NCBI GenBank assembly: GCA_009914755.4
Contig: CP086569.2
Coordinates: 55,168,001-55,232,000 of the forward strand
Origin: the human T2T-CHM13v2.0 reference genome, Homo sapiens
DNA length: 64,000 nt
Direction: 5' to 3'
Shown: positions 14,247 through 28,562 of the stretch, piece by piece
How positions within the stretch are numbered: position 1 is the stretch's first letter
How the letters are laid out: the number at the start of each line of letters is the position of its first letter
Program-made: the position numbers and the translations under genes
Notes under the pieces: generated by a model
What the model saw: only the letters and a program-made list of their open reading frames with translations
Database searches by the model: none
What the model was told of the DNA's origin: nothing

Positions 14247-17200
14247 AATGGAACTTTCTTGAATGGACTGGAATCAAACGGAATGGAATGCAATGCAATC
14301 AAATGGCATGGAATAAAATAGAATGAAAGAGAATCAAATGGAATTGAATCGAATGGAATCGAATGGATTGGAAAGGAATAGAATGGAATGGAATGGAATT
14401 GACTCAAATGGAATGGACTAGAATGGAATGGATTCGAATGGAAGGCAAAGGAATGGAATCTATTGGAATGGACTGTAATGGAATGGAATGGAAGGGATTG
14501 GAATGGACTCGAATGGAATGGACTGCAATAGAAAGGATTCCAATGGAATGAAAAAGAATTGAATGGAATAGAACAGAATGGAATCAAATCGAATGAAATG
14601 GAATGGAATAGAAAGGAATGGAATGAAATGGAATGGAAAGGATTCGAATGGAATGCAATCGAATGGAATGGAATCGAACGGAATGGAATAAAATGGAAGA
14701 AAACTGGCAAGAAATGGAATCGAAATGAATGGAGTATTATGGAACGGACTCAAAAGGAATTGAATGTAATAGAATGGAGTGGAGTGGACTCGAATATAAT
14801 GGACTGGAATGGAATGAAATCACATGGAATGGGAACGAATGGAATGGAATGGAAAGGAATGGAATCGAATGGAAAGGAATCGAATGGAAGGGAATGAAAT
14901 TGAATCAACAGGAATGGAAGGGAATAGAATAGACGGTAATGGAATGGACTCGAATAGAATGGACACGAATGCTCAAATTGAATGGACTCGAATGGAATGG
15001 AAACGAAAGGAATGTCATCGAATGGAATTGAATCGATTGGAATGAAATCGCATAGAATGGAGTGGAATCAAATGGAATTGAATCGAAAGGAAAGGAAGCG
15101 AATGGACTGAAATGAAATGGAATGGAATTGAATGGAAAGTAATGCAATGGAATAGAATGGAACGAAATTTCACGGAATGGAATCAAACTGAATGGAATCA
15201 AATCAATGGAATCTAATCAAATGGAATGGAAAGGAATTGAATGGAGTAGATTGGATTGGATGGGATTGGAATGAAATCTACTGGAAAGGACTCGAATTTC
15301 ATGAAACGGAATGGAATGAATTGGAACGGAATGGACTCGAATGGAATGGAATGTCATGGAATGGCATCAAATGGAATGGCATCAAATGGAATGGAATCGA
15401 ATGCAATGGAATGTTATGGAATGGAATGGAATGCATTGGAATGGAATGTCCTCTAATGGAATGGATTCGAGTGGAATGGAATCGAATATAATGGAGTCGA
15501 ATGAAATGGAATTGAAAGGAATGGGATCGAATAGAATGGAATATACTGGAATGTAATGTAATGAACTCGAATGTAATTGACTGGAATGGAATGTACATGA
15601 ATGGAAGGTAATCGAATGGAAAGTAATCCAATGGAATAGAATCTAATGCAATAAAACCGACTCAGATAGAGTAGAATGTAATGGAATGGAGTGCAGTGCA
15701 ATGGAATGGAGTGGAATTGAATGCAAAGGAATGGAATGGAATGGAATGGAATGGAATGGAATGGAATGGAATGGGATGGAATGGTATGGAATGGATAGAA
15801 ATGGACTGGAGTGAAATGGACTGGAAAGGAATGGACTCAAATTGAAAGGGCTCGAAAGGAATGGAGTCAAATGGAATGGTCTGGAATGGAATGAACACGA
15901 ATGTAATGCAATCCAATAGAATGGAATCGAATGGCATGGAATATAAAGAAATGGATACGAAGAGAATGGAAACAAATGGAATGGAATTGAATGGAATGGA
16001 ATTGAATGGAATGGGAACGAATGGAGTGAAATTGTATGCAGTAGAAGGGAATAGAATGGAATGCAAGCGAAAGGAAAGGAATGGATTGGAATGGAATGGA
16101 ATTCATTGGAATGGAAGGGAATGTAGTGTAATGGACAGGCCTGGAATAAAGTGGAATGCTACGGTCTCGAATGGAATAAAAATGTATGGAATGGAATGCA
16201 ATGAAACGGAATCGAATGTCATAGAATGTAATGGAATGCAACAAAATGGAATCCAAAATCATTGACTGGAAAGGCTGGGTGTCGAAAGGAATTGACTCCA
16301 ATGGAATGGAATCGAATGGAATGGAAGTGAATAGAATCGAACTAAATCGAATGGAATGGAATTGATAGGAACGGAATGGAAAGGAATGCAATGATTTGGC
16401 ATGGAATGGAATCGAATGGCATCGAATGGAATGGAATGGAATGCAATGGAATGGAATGTATTAGAATGTAATGAACTTTAATGGAATGTACTCGAATGGA
16501 TTCGACTGGAATGGAATGTTCTGGAAGTGAATGGACTCCAATGGAATGGATTCAAAAGGAATGGAATCGTACGGAATGGAATCTAATGGAATGGAATTAA
16601 ATGGAAATGAATCAAATTGAATAGCACGGAATTGAATTGAATGGAATGGAATGCAATGGAATCTAATGAAACGGAAAGGAAAGGAATGGAATGGAATGGA
16701 ATGGGCTGGAATGGAAAGGAATCGAAACGAATGGAATGGAATCGAACTGAAGAGACTGGAATGGAATGCACTGGAATGGAAGGGAGTGTAATGGAAGGTT
16801 CTCGAAAAAAATGGAATCGAATGGAATGGAATTGAATGGAACGGAATAGAGTCGAATGGAATTGAATGGAATGGAATGGACTAGAGTGAAATGGAATCGA
16901 ACCACAAGGAATGGAGAGGAATAGAATGGTCTCGAATTGAATGGAATCATATGGAATGGCATCAAACGGAATGGAATGGACAGCCACGGAATGGAATGCA
17001 CTCGAATGCAATGGAGTCGAAACTAATGGACTGGAATAGAATGGACTCGACTGGTACGGACTCCAATGGAATGGAATCGAATGGAAGGGAATCGAACGGA
17101 ATGGACTCGAAGGGAAAAGACTGCAATGGAAAGGTCTCGAATGGAATGGAAATTAATGGAATGGAATGGAATCGAATGAAATGGAGTCAAAAGGAATGGA

Positions 17201-17815
17201 ATCGAATGGCAAGAAATCGAATGTAATGGAATCGCAAGGAATTGATGTGAACGGAACGGAATGGAATGGAATCCAAAGGAATGGAATAGAATGGAATGGA
17301 ATCGAATGGAAAGGACTCGAATGGAAATCACTCGAATAGAATGCAATTTAATAAAATAGGATCAAATGTAATGGAATGGAATGGAAAGGAATCGAAACGA
17401 AAGGAATGGAGACAGATGGAATGGAATGGAACGGAGAGCAATGCTATAGAATGGAATGGAATCATCTGGAATGGAATTGAATGGAATGGAATAATATGAA
17501 ATGGAATGGAATGGAATGGAATGGAATGCCCTTGAATTAAATGGACTGGAATGGAATGGACTCCAACAGAGTGGAATGGAAAGTGTTGAGATAGAATGGA
17601 ATGGACTCCTTTGGAATGGTCTAGTATGCAATGCAATCGACTGGCAGGGAATCAAAAGGAATGTAATCGAATGGATTGGACTGGAATGCAATGGACTCGA
17701 ATAGATTGGAAACGGAATGCAAAGGAATGGAATGGAATAGTATGGAATGGAATGGAAAGGAATGGAGTGGAATAGACTAGAGTGGAATGGAATGGACTGG
17801 AAAGCAATGGACTGG
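14247..17815 (+). repeat. HSat3 HOR unit 5 (3569 bp)
   Basis: Anchor at 14247 and 17816. It is a mosaic: the 5' part resembles unit 2 and the 3' part carries the 'HM' variant shared with units 6, 11 and 15. Confidence 0.9.
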
Positions 17816-20800
17816 AATGGAACTTTCTTGAATGGACTGGAATCAAACGGAATGGAATGCAATGCAATCAAATGGCATGGAATAAAATAGAATGAAAGAG
17901 AATCAAATGGAATTGAATCGAATGGAATCGAATGGATTGGAAAGGAATAGAATGGAATGGAATGGAATGGACTCAAATGGAATGGACTAGAATGGAATGG
18001 ATTCGAATGGAAGGCAAAGGAATGGAATCTATTGGAATGGACTGTAATGGAATGGAATGGAAGGGATTGGAATGGACTCGAATGGAATGGACTGCAATAG
18101 AAAGGATTCGAATGGAATGAAAAAGAATTGAATGGAATAGAACAGAATGGAATCAAATCGAATGAAATGGAATGGAATAGAAAGGAATGGAATGAAATGG
18201 AATGGAAAGGATTCGAATGGAATGCAATCGAATGGAATGGAATCGAACGGAATGGAATAAAATGGAAGAAAACTGGCAAGAAATGGAATCGAAATGAATG
18301 GAGTGTTATGGAACGGAGTCAAAAGGAATTGAATGTAATAGAATGGAGTGGAGTGGCCTCGAATATAATGGACTGGAATGGAATGAAATCACATGGAATG
18401 GGAACGAATGGAATGGAATGGAAAGGAATGGAATCGAATGGAAAGGAATCGAATGGAAGGGAATGAAATTGAATCAACAGGAATGGAAGGGAATAGAATA
18501 GACGGTAATGGAATGGACTCGAATAGAATTGACACGAATGCTCAAATTGAATGGACTCGAATGGAATGGAAACGAAAGGAATGTCATCGAATGGAATTGA
18601 ATCGATTGGAATGAAATCGCATAGAATGGAGTGGAATCAAATGGAATTGAATCGAAAGGAAAGGAAGCGAATGGACTGAAATGAAATGGAATGGAATTGA
18701 ATGGAAAGTAATGCAATGGAATAGAATGGAACGAAATTTCACGGAATGGAATCAAACTGAATGGAATCAAATGAATGGAATCTAATCAAATGGAATGGAA
18801 AGGAATTGAATGGAGTAGATTGGATTGGATGGGATTGGAATGAAATGTACTGGAAAGGACTCGAATTTCATGAAACGGAATGGAATGAATTGGAACGGAA
18901 TGGACTCGAATGGAATGGAATGTCATGGAATGGCATCAAATGGAATGGCATCAAATGGAATGGAATCGAATGCAATGGAATGTTACGGAATGGAATGGAA
19001 TGCATTGGAATGGAATGTCCTCTAATGGAATGGATTCGAGTGGAATGGAATCGAATATAATGGAGTCGAATGAAATGGAATTGAAAGGAATGGGATCGAA
19101 TAGAATGGAATATACTGGAATGTAATGTAATGAACTCGAATGTAATTGACTGGAATGGAATGTACATGAATGGAAGGTAATCGAATGGAAAGTAATCCAA
19201 TGGAATAGAATCTAATGCAATAAAACCGACTCAGATAGAGTAGAATGTAATGGAATGGAGTGCAGTGCAATGGAATGGAGTGGAATTGAATGCAAAGGAA
19301 TGGAATGGAATGGAATGGAATGGAATGGAATGGAATGGAATGGAATGGGATGGAATGGTATGGAATGGATAGAAATGGACTGGAGTGAAATGGACTGGAA
19401 AGGAATGGACTCAAATTGAAAGGGCTCGAAAGGAATGGAGTCAAATGGAATGGTCTGGAATGGAATGAACACGAATGTAATGCAATCCAATAGAATGGAA
19501 TCGAATGGCATGGAATATAAAGAAATGGATACGAAGAGAATGGAAACAAATGGAATGGAATTGAATGGAATGGAATTGAATGGAATGGGAACGAATGGAG
19601 TGAAATTGTATGCAGTAGAAGGGAATAGAATGGAATGCAAGCGAAAGGAAAGGAATGGATTGGAATGGAATGGAATTCATTGGAATGGAAGGGAATGTAG
19701 TGTAATGGACAGGCCTGGAATAAAGTGGAATGCTACGGTCTCGAATGGAATAAAAATGTATGGAATGGAATGCAATGAAACGGAATCGAATGTCATAGAA
19801 TGTAATGGAATGCAACAAAATGGAATCCAAAATCATTGACTGGAAAGGCTGGGTGTCGAAAGGAATTGACTCCAATGGAATGGAATCGAATGGAATGGAA
19901 GTGAATAGAATCGAACTAAATCGAATGGAATGGAATTGATAGGAACGGAATGGAAAGGAATGCAATGATTTGGCATGGAATGGAATCGAATGGCATCGAA
20001 TGGAATGGAATGGAATGCAATGGAATGGAATGTATTAGAATGTAATGAACTTTAATGGAATGTACTCGAATGGATTCGACTGGAATGGAATGTTCTGGAA
20101 GTGAATGGACTCCAATGGAATGGATTCAAAAGGAATGGAATCGTACGGAATGGAATCTAATGGAATGGAATTAAATGGAAATGAATCAAATTGAATAGCA
20201 CGGAATTGAATTGAATGGAATGGAATGCAATGGAATCTAATGAAACGGAAAGGAAAGGAATGGAATGGAATGGAATGGGCTGGAATGGAAAGGAATCGAA
20301 ACGAATGGAATGGAATCGAACTGAAGAGACTGGAATGGAATGCACTGGAATGGAAGGGAGTGTAATGGAAGGTTCTCGAAAAAAATGGAATCGAATGGAA
20401 TGGAATTGAATGGAACGGAATAGAGTCGAATGGAATTGAATGGAATGGAATGGACTAGAGTGAAATGGAATCGAACCACAAGGAATGGAGAGGAATAGAA
20501 TGGTCTCGAATTGAATGGAATCATATGGAATGGCATCAAACGGAATGGAATGGACAGCCACGGAATGGAATGCACTCGAATGCAATGGAGTCGAAACTAA
20601 TGGACTGGAATAGAATGGACTCGACTGGTACGGACTCCAATGGAATGGAATCGAATGGAAGGGAATCGAACGGAATGGACTCGAAGGGAAAAGACTGCAA
20701 TGGAAAGGTCTCGAATGGAATGGAAATTAATGGAATGGAATGGAATCGAATGAAATGGAGTCAAAAGGAATGGAATCGAATGGCAAGAAATCGAATGTAA

Positions 20801-21389
20801 TGGAATCGCAAGGAATTGATGTGAACGGAACGGAATGGAATGGAATCCAAAGGAATGGAATAGAATGGAATGGAATCGAATGGAAAGGACTCGAATGGAA
20901 ATCACTCGAATAGAATGCAATTTAATAAAATAGGATCAAATATAATGGAATGGAATGGAAAGGAATCGAAACGAAAGGAATGGAGACAGATGGAATGGAA
21001 TAGAACAGAGAGCAATGGTATAGAATGGAATGGAATCATCTGGAATGGAATTGAATGGAATGGAATAATATGAAATGGAACGGAATGGAATGGAATGGAA
21101 TGCCCTTGAATTAAATGGACTGGAATGGAATGGACTCGAACAGAGTGGAATGGAAAGTGTTGAGATAGAATGGAATGGACTCCTTTGGAATGGTGTAGTA
21201 TGCAATGCAATCGACTGGCAGGGAATCAAAAGGAATGTAATCGAATGGATTGGACTGGAATGCAATGGACTCGAATAGATTGCAAACAGAATGAAAAGGA
21301 ATGGAATGGAATAGTATGGAATGGAATGGAAAGGAATGGAGTGGAATAGACTAGAGTGGAATGGAATGGACTGGAAAGCAATGGACTGG
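17816..21389 (+). repeat. HSat3 HOR unit 6 (3574 bp)
   Basis: Anchor at 17816 and 21390. It has no counterpart in the second super-repeat copy. Confidence 0.9.
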
Positions 21390-24300
21390 AATGGAACTTT
21401 CTTGAATGGACTGGAATCAAACGGAATGGAATGCAATGCAATCAAATGGCATGGAATAAAATAGAATGAAAGAGAATCAAATGGAATTGAATCGAATGGA
21501 ATCGAATGGATTGGAAAGGAATAGAATGGAATGGAATGGAATTGACTCAAATGGAATGGACTAGAATGGAATGGATTCGAATGGAAGGCAAAGGAATGGA
21601 ATCTATTGGAATGGACTGTAATGGAATGGAATGGAAGGGATTGGAATGGACTCGAATGGAATGGACTGCAATAGAAAGGATTTGAATGGAATTAAAAAGA
21701 ATTGAATGGAATAGAACAGAATGGAATCAAATCGAATGAAATGGAATGGAATAGAAAGGAATGGAATGAAATGGAATGGAAAGGATTCGAATGGAATGCA
21801 ATCGAATGGAATGGAATCGAACGGAATGGAATAAAATGGAAGAAAACTGGCAAGAAATGGAATCGAAATGAATGGAGTGTTATGGAACGGACTCAAAAGG
21901 AATTGAATGTAATAGAATGGAGTGGAGTGGACTCGAATATAATGGACTGGAATGGAATGAAATCACATGGAATGGGAACGAATGGAATGGAATGGAAAGG
22001 AATGGAATCGAATGGAAAGGAATCGAATGGAAGGGAATGAAATTGAATCAACAGGAATGGAAGGGAATAGAATAGACGGTAATGGAATGGACTCGAATAG
22101 AATGGACACGAATGCTCAAATTGAATGGACTCGAATGGAATGGAAACGAAAGGAATGTCATCGAATGGAATTGAATCGATTGGAATGAAATCGCATAGAA
22201 TGGAGTGGAATCAAATGGAATTGAATCGAAAGGAAAGGAAGCGAATGGACTGAAATGAAATGGAATGGAATTGAATGGAAAGTAATGCAATGGAATAGAA
22301 TGGAACGAAATTTCACGGAATGGAATCAAACTGAATGGAATCAAATCAATGGAATCAAATCAAATGGAATGGAAAGGAATTGAATGGAGTTGATTGGATT
22401 GGATGGGATTGGAATGAAATGTACTGGAAAGGACTCGAATTTCATGAAACGGAATGGAATGAATTGGAACGGAATGGACTCGAATGGAATGGAATGTCAT
22501 GGAATGGCATCAAATGGAATGGCATCAAATGGAATGGAATCGAATGCAATGGAATGCTATGGAATGGAATGGAATGCATTGGAATGGAATGTCCTCTAAT
22601 GGAATGGATTCGAGTGGAATGGAATCGAATATAATGGAGTCGAATGAAATGGAATTGAAAGGAATGGGATCGAATACAATGGAATATACTGGAATGTAAT
22701 GTAATGAACTCGAATGTAATTGACTGGAATGGAATGTACATGAATGGAATGTAATCGAATGGAAAGTAATCCAATGGAATAGAATCTAATGCAATAAAAT
22801 CGACTCAGATAGATTAGAATGTAATGGAATGGAGTGCAGTGCAATGGAATGGAATGGAATGGAATGCAATGGAATGGAATGGAATGGAATGGAATGGAAT
22901 GGAATGGAATGGAATGGGATGGAATGGTATGGAATGGTATGGAATGGATAGTAATGGACTGGAGTGAAATGGACTGGAAAGGAATGGACTCAAATTGAAA
23001 GGGCTCGAAAGGAATGGAGTCAAATGGAATGGTCTGGAATGGAATGAACACGAATGTAATGCAATCCAATAGAATGGAATCGAATGGCATGGAATATAAA
23101 GAAATGGATTCGAAGAGAATGGAAACAAATGGAATGGAATTGAATGGAATGGAACTGAATGGAATGGGAACGAATGGAGTGAAATTGTATGCAGTAGAAG
23201 GGAATAGAATGGAATGCAAGCGAAAGGAAAGGAATGGATTGGAATGGAATGGAATTCATTGGAATGGAAGGGAATGTAGTGTAATGGACAGGCCTGGAAT
23301 AAAGTGGAATGCTACGGTCTCGAATGGAATAAAAATGTATGGAATGGAATACAAAGAAACGGAATCGAATGTCATAGAATGTAATGGAATGCAACAAAAT
23401 GGAATCCAAAATCATTGACTGGAAAGGCTGGGTGTCGAAAGGAATTGACTCCAATGGAATGGAATCGAATGGAATGGAAGTGAATAGAATCGAACTAAAT
23501 CGAATGGAATGGAATTGATAGGAACGGAATGGAAAGGAATGCAATGATTTGGCATGGAATGGAATCGAATGGCATCGAATGGAATGGAATGGAATGCAAT
23601 GGAATGGAATGTATTAGAATGTAATGAACTTTAATGGAATGTACTCGAATGGATTCGACTGGAATGGAATGTTCTGGAAGTGAATGGACTCCAATGGAAT
23701 GGATTCAAAAGGAATGGAATCGTACGGAATGGAATCTAATGGAATGGAATTAAATGGAAATGAATCAAATTGAATAGCACGGAATTGAATTGAATGGAAT
23801 GGAATGCAATGGAATCTAATGAAACGGAAAGGAAAGGAATGGAATGGAATGGAATGGGCTGGAATGGAAAGGAATCGAAACGAATGGAATGGAACCGAAC
23901 TGAAGAGACTGGAATGGAATGCACTGGAATGGAAGGGAGTGTAATGGAAGGTTCTCGAAAAAAATGGAATCGAATGGAATGGAATTGAATGGAACGGAAT
24001 AGAGTCGAATGGAATTGAATGGAATGGAATGGACTAGAGTGAAATGGAATCGAACCACAAGGAATGGAGAGGAATAGAATGGTCTCGAATTGAATGGAAT
24101 CGTATGGAATGGCATCAAACGGAATGGAATGGACAGCCACGGAATGGAATGCACTCGAATGCAATGGAGTCGAAACTAATGGACTGGAATAGAATGGACT
24201 CGACTGGTACGGACTCCAATGGAATGGAATCGAATGGAAGGGAATCGAACGGAATGGACTCGAAGGGAAAAGACTGCAATGGAAAGGTCTGGAATGGAAT

Positions 24301-24968
24301 GGAAATTAATGGAATGGAATGGAATCGAATGAAATGGAGTCAAAAGGAATGGAATCGAATGGCAAGAAATCGAATGTAATGGAATCGCAAGGAATTGATG
24401 TGAACGGAACGGAATGGAATGGAATCCAAAGGAATGGAATAGAATGGAATGGAATCGAATGGAAAGGACTCGAATGGAAATCACTCGAATAGAATGCAAT
24501 TTAATAAAATAGGATCAAATGGAATGGAATGGAATGGAAAGGAATCGAAACGAAAGGAATGGAGACAGATGGAATGGAATGGAACAGAGAGCAATGCTAT
24601 AGAATGGAATGGAATCATCTGGAATGGAATTGAATGGAATGGAATAATATGAAATGGAATGGAATGGAATGGAATGGAATGCCCTTGAATTAAATGGACT
24701 GGAATGGAATGGACTCCAACAGAGTGGAATGGAAAGTGTTGAGATAGAATGGAATGGACTCCTTTGGAATGGTCTAGTATGCAATGCAATCGACTGGCAG
24801 GGAATCAAAAGGAATGTAATCGAATGGATTGGACTGGAATGCAATGGACTCGAATAGATTGGAAACGGAATGCAAAGGAATGGAATGGAATAGTATGGAA
24901 TGGAATGGAAAGGAATGGAGTGGAATAGACTAGAGTGGAATGGAATGGACTGGAAAGCAATGGACTGG
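21390..24968 (+). repeat. HSat3 HOR unit 7 (3579 bp), a copy of unit 1
   Basis: Anchor at 21390. ORF-track translations are identical to unit 1 at a constant offset of 21389, for example 313-651 equals 21702-22040. Confidence 0.9.
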
Positions 24969-27900
24969 AATGGAACTTTCTTGAATGGACTGGAATCAAA
25001 CGGAATGGAATGCAATGCAATCAAATGGCATGGAATAAAATAGAATGAAAGAGAATCAAATGGAATTGAATCGAATGGAATCGAATGGATTGGAAAGGAA
25101 TAGAATGGAATGGAATGGAATTGACTCAAATGGAATGGACTAGAATGGAATGGATTCGAATGGAAGGCAAAGGAATGGAATCTATTGGAATGGACTGTAA
25201 TGGAATGGAATGGAAGGGATTGGAATGGACTCGAATGGAATGGACTGCAATAGAAAGGATTCCAATGGAATGAAAAAGAATTGAATGGAATAGAACAGAA
25301 TGGAATCAAATCGAATGAAATGGAATGGAATAGAAAGGAATGGAATGAAATGGAATGGAAAGGATTCGAATGGAATGCAATCGAATGGAATGGAATCGAA
25401 CGGAATGGAATAAAATGGAAGAAAACTGGCAAGAAATGGAATCGAAATGAATGGAGTATTATGGAACGGACTCAAAAGGAATTGAATGTAATAGAATGGA
25501 GTGGAGTGGACTCGAATATAATGGACTGGAATGGAATGAAATCACATGGAATGGGAACGAATGGAATGGAATGGAAAGGAATGGAATCGAATGGAAAGGA
25601 ATCGAATGGAAGGGAATGAAATTGAATCAACAGGAATGGAAGGGAATAGAATAGACGGTAATGGAATGGACTCGAATAGAATGGACACGAATGCTCAAAT
25701 TGAATGGACTCGAATGGAATGGAAACGAAAGGAATGTCATCGAATGGAATTGAATCGATTGGAATGAAATCGCATAGAATGGAGTGGAATCAAATGGAAT
25801 TGAATCGAAAGGAAAGGAAGCGAATGGACTGAAATGAAATGGAATGGAATTGAATGGAAAGTAATGCAATGGAATAGAATGGAACGAAATTTCACGGAAT
25901 GGAATCAAACTGAATGGAATCAAATCAATGGAATCTAATCAAATGGAATGGAAAGGAATTGAATGGAGTAGATTGGATTGGATGGGATTGGAATGAAATC
26001 TACTGGAAAGGACTCGAATTTCATGAAACGGAATGGAATGAATTGGAACGGAATGGACTCGAATGGAATGGAATGTCATGGAATGGCATCAAATGGAATG
26101 GCATCAAATGGAATGGAATCGAATGCAATGGAATGTTATGGAATGGAATGGAATGCATTGGAATGGAATGTCCTCTAATGGAATGGATTCGAGTGGAATG
26201 GAATCGAATATAATGGAGTCGAATGAAATGGAATTGAAAGGAATGGGATCGAATAGAATGGAATATACTGGAATGTAATGTAATGAACTCGAATGTAATT
26301 GACTGGAATGGAATGTACATGAATGGAAGGTAATCGAATGGAAAGTAATCCAATGGAATAGAATCTAATGCAATAAAACCGACTCAGATAGAGTAGAATG
26401 TAATGGAATGGAGTGCAGTGCAATGGAATGGAATGGAATGGAATGCAATGGAATGGAATGGAATGGAATGGAATGGAATGGAATGGAATGGAATGGGATG
26501 GAATGGTATGGAATGGTATGGAATGGATAGTAATGGACTGGAGTGAAATGGACTGGAAAGGAATGGACTCAAATTGAAAGGGCTCGAAAGGAATGGAGTC
26601 AAATGGAATGGTCTGGAATGGAATGAACACGAATGTAATGCAATCCAATAGAATGGAATCGAATGGCATGGAATATAAAGAAATGGATTCGAAGAGAATG
26701 GAAACAAATGGAATGGAATTGAATGGAATGGAATTGAATGGAATGGGAACGAATGGAGTGAAATTGTATGCAGTAGAAGGGAATAGAATGGAATGCAAGC
26801 GAAAGGAAAGGAATGGATTGGAATGGAATGGAATTCATTGGAATGGAAGGGAATGTAGTGTAATGGACAGGCCTGGAATAAAGTGGAATGCTACGGTCTC
26901 GAATGGAATAAAAATGTATGGAATGGAATACAAAGAAACGGAATCGAATGTCATAGAATGTAATGGAATGCAACAAAATGGAATCCAAAATCATTGACTG
27001 GAAAGGCTGGGTGTCGAAAGGAATTGACTCCAATGGAATGGAATCGAATGGAATGGAAGTGAATAGAATCGAACTAAATCGAATGGAATGGAATTGATAG
27101 GAACGGAATGGAAAGGAATGCAATGATTTGGCATGGAATGGAATCGAATGGCATCGAATGGAATGGAATGGAATGCAATGGAATGGAATGTATTAGAATG
27201 TAATGAACTTTAATGGAATGTACTCGAATGGATTCGACTGGAATGGAATGTTCTGGAAGTGAATGGACTCCAATGGAATGGATTCAAAAGGAATGGAATC
27301 GTACGGAATGGAATCTAATGGAATGGAATTAAATGGAAATGAATCAAATTGAATAGCACGGAATTGAATTGAATGGAATGGAATTCAATGGAATCTAATG
27401 AAACGGAAAGGAAAGGAATGGAATGGAATGGAATGGGCTGGAATGGAAAGGAATCGAAACGAATGGAATGGAATCGAACTGAAGAGACTGGAATGGAATG
27501 CAATGGAATGGAATGCACTGGAATGGAAGGGAGTGTAATGGAAGGTTCTCGAAAAAAATGGAATCGAATGGAATGGAATTGAATGGAACGGAATAGAGTC
27601 GAATGGAATTGAATGGAATGGAATGGACTAGAGTGAAATAGAATCAAACCACAAGGAATGGAGAGGAATAGAATGGTCTCGAATTGAATGGAATCGTATG
27701 GAATGGCATCAAACGGAATGGAATGGACAGCCACGGAATGGAATGCACTCGAATGCAATGGAGTCGAAACTAATGGACTGGAATAGAATGGACTCGACTG
27801 GTACGGACTCCAATGCAATGGAATCGAATGGAAGGGAATCGAACGGAATGGACTCGAAGGGAAAAGACTGCAATGGAAAGGTCTCGAATGGAATGGAAAT

Positions 27901-28562
27901 TAATGGAATGGAATGGAATGGAATGAAATGGAGTCAAAAGGAATGGAATCGAATGGCAAGAAATCGAATGTAATGGAATCGCAAGGAATTGATGTGAACG
28001 GAACGGAATGGAATGGAATCCAAAGGAATGGAATAGAATGGAATGGAATCGAATGGAAAGGACTCGAATGGAAATCACTCGAATAGAATGCAATTTAATA
28101 AAATAGGATCAAATGTAATGGAATGGAATGGAAAGGAATCGAAACGAAAGGAATGGAGACAGATGGAATGGAATAGAACAGAGAGCAATGGTATAGAATG
28201 GAATGGAATCATCTGGAATGGAATCATCTGGAATGGAATAATATGAAATGGAATGGAATGGAATGGAATGGAATGCCCTTGAATTAAATGGACTGGAATG
28301 GAATGGACTCGAACAGAGTGGAATGGAAAGTGTTGAGATAGAATGGAATGGACTCCTTTGGAATGGTGTAGTATGCAATGCAATCGACTGGCAGGGAATC
28401 AAAAGGAATGTAATGGAATGGACTGGACTGGAATGCAATGGACTCGAATAGATTGGAAACGGAATGCAAAGAAATGGAATGGAATAGTATGGAATGGAAT
28501 GGAAAGGAATGGAGTGGAATAGACTAGAGTGGAATGGAATGGACTGGAAAGCAATGGACTGG
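24969..28562 (+). repeat. HSat3 HOR unit 8 (3594 bp), a copy of unit 2
   Basis: Anchor at 24969. The length and variants are identical to unit 2, for example 3126-4043 equals 24515-25432. Confidence 0.9.
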